Below are positions 60,491 through 64,000 of a stretch of 64,000 nucleotides of DNA, piece by piece. The notes beneath the pieces are model-generated. The model was not told where the DNA came from. It saw only the letters and a program-made list of their open reading frames with translations, and made no database searches. The stretch covers positions 114,499-178,498 of the forward strand of contig JBIPSI010000007.1 of assembly GCA_044070495.1 (NCBI GenBank), read 5' to 3'. How positions within the stretch are numbered: position 1 is the first letter of the stretch; every line of letters begins with the position of its first letter. The position numbers and the translations under genes were made by a program. The stretch comes from Spirulina sp. Lineage in GTDB: Bacteria; Cyanobacteriota; Cyanobacteriia; Phormidesmidales; Phormidesmidaceae.

Positions 60491-61420
60491 CTATTGGATT
60501 TCCTGGCTACCCTGCCAACTGGAGGCGAGGGTGGTTCCCAAAATTAGCCCACCGCCCAGGAGTGTGCGTAGGGTGGGAATTTCCCCCAGCAACACCACCG
60601 CCAAAACAATGCCGTAGACGGGTTCTAGGCCGCTAATCACGCTGGCCACCTGGGTTCGCAATACCGCTAGGCTCTCGATAAATAAGGTGTGGGCCAAGGC
60701 CGTACACAGCACCCCCAACACCAGCAGCCAAACCCAGTCCTGCGCCACCACCGCAAAGCTCGGTAATGGGTTCACCACCGCCCAAAGACCCAAACTCAGG
60801 CAAGCCCACAGGTTTTGCTGAAAGGCAATGGTCAACGCTCCATAGCGCCGCCGATAGCCCTTATTCAGCAATTGCAGCAGTGCAAAGGAAAAACCCGACA
60901 ACAGCCCCCAGACTGCCCCCTGGCTGGCCGTTGCCCCCAGCCGATAGTCCGGCACTACCAGGGCCACGCCAATCACCACCAGCAGGGCGATCCCTCCATC
61001 CCGCCAGCGCCAGCGTGTCCCCAAAAAGATCGGCTCTAGCACCGTCACAAACACCGGAAAGCTAGAAAAGGTCAGCAACCCCAGGGCCACGGTGGAAAGC
61101 TGAATACTACGAAAAAAACTCACCCAATGGAAGGCCAGCAGCATCCCCAACAGCGCCAACCCCAGCCCCTCTCGCCCCATTGTCGGACGCAGCCGTTGCC
61201 GTTGCCTAACCAACCAAATCCCCAAGGTCAACGCCGCCAACCCCGTGCGCCCCAGCACAATGGCCGTCGCAGGCCAATCTAGCAGTTTGCCAAACAGCCC
61301 CGCCAACCCAAACAAAAACACTGCCAAATGCACCTGAACCAGCGCCTGCCCTCGATGCCGTCCATTCGTGGATTGGCCGTCCGATTCCGTATGGTCAGCG
61401 CCCTGCACGTTGTTTGCCAT
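60491..61420 (-). CDS. DMT/EamA family transporter
   Basis: Multiple TM helices, LEPVYG. Confidence 0.88.
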   Translation of the reverse strand: MANNVQGADHTESDGQSTNGRHRGQALVQVHLAVFLFGLAGLFGKLLDWPATAIVLGRTGLAALTLGIWLVRQRQRLRPTMGREGLGLALLGMLLAFHWVSFFRSIQLSTVALGLLTFSSFPVFVTVLEPIFLGTRWRWRDGGIALLVVIGVALVVPDYRLGATASQGAVWGLLSGFSFALLQLLNKGYRRRYGALTIAFQQNLWACLSLGLWAVVNPLPSFAVVAQDWVWLLVLGVLCTALAHTLFIESLAVLRTQVASVISGLEPVYGIVLAVVLLGEIPTLRTLLGGGLILGTTLASSWQGSQEIQ

Positions 61421-61444
61421 GCCTTCCCCCTATCTCTAGACACG

Positions 61445-61478
61445 AAAAAAGCCCCCAGATTTCTCTGAAGGCTTTTTT
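61445..61478 (-). terminator. intrinsic terminator after the downstream tRNA-fMet copy
   Basis: AAAAAAGCC..CAGA/TCTG..GGCTTTTTT hairpin. Confidence 0.7.
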
Positions 61479-61485
61479 ACAGATT

Positions 61486-61806
<321 letters not shown>

Positions 61807-61843
61807 TCGTCGCTTTGCCACTATAGCGTAAAACCGTTGGGCA

Positions 61844-62335
61844 TTACTGGGTTCCTGTGGATTTCTCTAGAGCAGGTTGTCCTGAAGTGATCGAGGGTTG
61901 GGACTGCTCTGCAAGAGACTGAATCCAATCCCAACGCTGCCGATAGGCCGCTGACCGGGGCGGACGCTGGCGTTTTTCTTGTTCCACCAAATGAATTTCA
62001 CTGCCGTAACTGAGGAAAACCGCTGACGGAAAAATATAGAAAACCTCTAGATCGTCGATGTAGGCAATCGCCACGTCAAAGTCTGAGGGTTGGTAGGGTG
62101 ATCGCACCATACGACGACGGTTGGTTTTGGTACGACGGTTGTCCACCACATAGTTGCCAGAGGTCTGGTGCTGCCAAGCAGCCTTGACCTGAACCTTGAC
62201 CAGTAACCCTTCCACGTCAAACACCAAGTCGTAGGGCAGGCGATCCCCCACAGGCTTGAGGACGCCCCAGCCTCGTTTGAGGGCTTGCACGACGGTGGCC
62301 TGCTCGGCAATATCGCCCTTGAGCTTGGTATCCAT
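61844..62335 (-). CDS. free-standing group I intron-associated PD-(D/E)XK homing endonuclease (I-Ssp6803I-like)
   Basis: TKLKGDIAE, YDLV, KVQVK, DFD motifs, 163 aa; lies between the two tRNA genes, outside both introns. Confidence 0.88.
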   Translation of the reverse strand: MDTKLKGDIAEQATVVQALKRGWGVLKPVGDRLPYDLVFDVEGLLVKVQVKAAWQHQTSGNYVVDNRRTKTNRRRMVRSPYQPSDFDVAIAYIDDLEVFYIFPSAVFLSYGSEIHLVEQEKRQRPPRSAAYRQRWDWIQSLAEQSQPSITSGQPALEKSTGTQ

Positions 62336-62361
62336 CTGTGACGGTTCAAATCAAAATAATC

Positions 62362-62396
62362 AAAAAGGTCTGACTCTAATCAAAGAATCAGACCTT
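62362..62396 (-). terminator. intrinsic terminator between tRNA copy 2 and the endonuclease
   Basis: Minus strand AAGGUCUGAUUCU...AGAGUCAGACCUUUUU. Confidence 0.7.
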
Positions 62397-62400
62397 AATT

Positions 62401-62721
<321 letters not shown>

Positions 62722-62732
62722 TTGGCTTATCA

Positions 62733-62762
62733 AGCATAGCGTTAAAGAGTGAGGATTGACAA
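62733..62762 (-). promoter_or_regulatory. putative sigma70 promoter of tRNA-fMet copy 2
   Basis: TTGTCA-N18-TATGCT upstream of the tRNA; copy 1 has TATAGT at 61825-61820 in a similar ACGCTAT context. Confidence 0.5.
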
Positions 62763-63002
62763 GCATTATTTTGAAGTTTCTCTTTTCTAGCCCGCCCGCG
62801 TCGCCAGAACGAAGTCTTGCCTGGGAACGAGGGTGAGGTCTGTCTTTGGACAGAGGAAGCTAACCTTTCACCTTCGTTAGGGTGCTAGGGAGCACAGATT
62901 TCCCACGCACTAAACGCAACTGGCTGTAGAGCCATTCACTCAATCCAGAGGAAGTTCTGTCCCTGGATGTTCGCGAGATCTTCACATCAGACCTTCCATT
63001 TA

Positions 63003-63620
63003 ATGACTTCTATCACCATGACTTATCTGTTTTCTGCCCTGTCCAAGCGTTTGACCATCGGCCTACTCAGCGTTGGGGCCGCAACTCTGATGGTTGCCTG
63101 TGGTTCCTCGCCCAACATGGCTACCGACCCTACCATGACTGATGATGATTCCACGGCAGCGGAGACTCCATCCGGTGAGTACGCGGCCATGGAAGCCAAT
63201 ACCATCGTAGATGTGGCGGCTGGCTCGGAGGACTTCAGCCTTCTGGTGCAGGCCATTGAGGCGGCTGAGTTGGCTCCCGTCCTCGCCAGCAGTGACGACA
63301 TTACCGTCTTTGCGCCCACCAATGAAGCCTTTGAGGCTCTACCGGAGGGTGCGCTTGATCAACTTCTTCTACCAGAGAACCGGGAGGCCCTACGCCAGGT
63401 ACTGACCTACCATGTTCTGCCTCAGCAGGTGGTCGCCGCCGATGTGGCAACCGGGGAGGTGCTTACCCTAGCCGATGCCCCCTTGGCACTGATGGTGGAT
63501 GAGGCCACCGGAACCGTGATGATTAATAATGCCCAGGTGATCACGCCGGACATCATGGCCAGCAATGGGGTCATTCACGCGATTGATCAGGTGCTCCTTC
63601 CCCCTGAGCTAGTCCAGTAG
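63003..63620 (+). CDS. fasciclin (FAS1) domain lipoprotein
   Basis: VAC lipobox, TVFAPTNEAF, LTYHV, NGVIHAIDQVL; start uncertain. Confidence 0.9.
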   Translation: MTSITMTYLFSALSKRLTIGLLSVGAATLMVACGSSPNMATDPTMTDDDSTAAETPSGEYAAMEANTIVDVAAGSEDFSLLVQAIEAAELAPVLASSDDITVFAPTNEAFEALPEGALDQLLLPENREALRQVLTYHVLPQQVVAADVATGEVLTLADAPLALMVDEATGTVMINNAQVITPDIMASNGVIHAIDQVLLPPELVQ

Positions 63621-63883
63621 ACAAGAACTGCTTATCACCACGATAGGCTCACTCTTTACCAGCCCCCATTCATCCATGGGGGCATTTGCGTTTTTTATTC
63701 TTAGCTTAACCTGCACTTGGTGTTTGCCAGGTCAGGGCTTGCTAGTATTACCCCTGGCAATAAGCCTAGCAAGCTTTACGCCTGCTAGCTCTGTCGCTTA
63801 AGCGGCGTGAGCCAGGCGATAGAGATGGGCCAACGTTGCCCCGAAAATTAGCCTTTTTAAAAGGTGTGAGGAGAGATAACCGA

Positions 63884-64000
63884 ATGTCTAAACTACTTTG
63901 GAAAGCTTTGCTAGCGGCTCCCGCTGCTGGTGCCGCCTTCGCCGTCTCCAGCGTGGCCGTAGCCGCTGAGTCTGCCCCTAGCCTGAACCTGAGCGTTGAA
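63884..64000 (+). CDS. exported protein N-terminus, probably an SLH/porin (runs off the window)
   Basis: GTGTGAGGAGAG RBS, signal peptide MSKLLWKALLAAPAAGAAFAVSSVAVAAE. Confidence 0.55.
   Translation, partial: MSKLLWKALLAAPAAGAAFAVSSVAVAAESAPSLNLSVE

Overview
GC-rich chromosomal segment of a cyanobacterium (gene content and repeat types suggest a Leptolyngbya/Nodosilinea-like filamentous strain; this is inference). It holds mostly housekeeping genes (rsmE, dnaX, rnhA, gshA, trmL, pgl, hypA/B/E, lpt genes, cinA, era, pgsA, tldD, thyX, bvdR, an SpkB-like kinase, larE, glk, def). The most unusual locus is 61486-62721: two tandem tRNA-fMet genes, each split by a 244-nt ORF-less group I intron, flank a free-standing PD-(D/E)XK homing-endonuclease gene of the type normally encoded inside this intron. 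Other notable items: a DnaX mini-intein hiding an out-of-frame CxCGCG...RF..GH endonuclease relic; several MITE families with exact target duplications that carry interchangeable REP-like palindromes; 23-26 nt double-hairpin insertions, one of which frameshifts a gene; a 43-aa AtpTheta-like ORF missed by the ORF track; and an apparent decay of HIP1 sites. All counts and alignments were done by hand.
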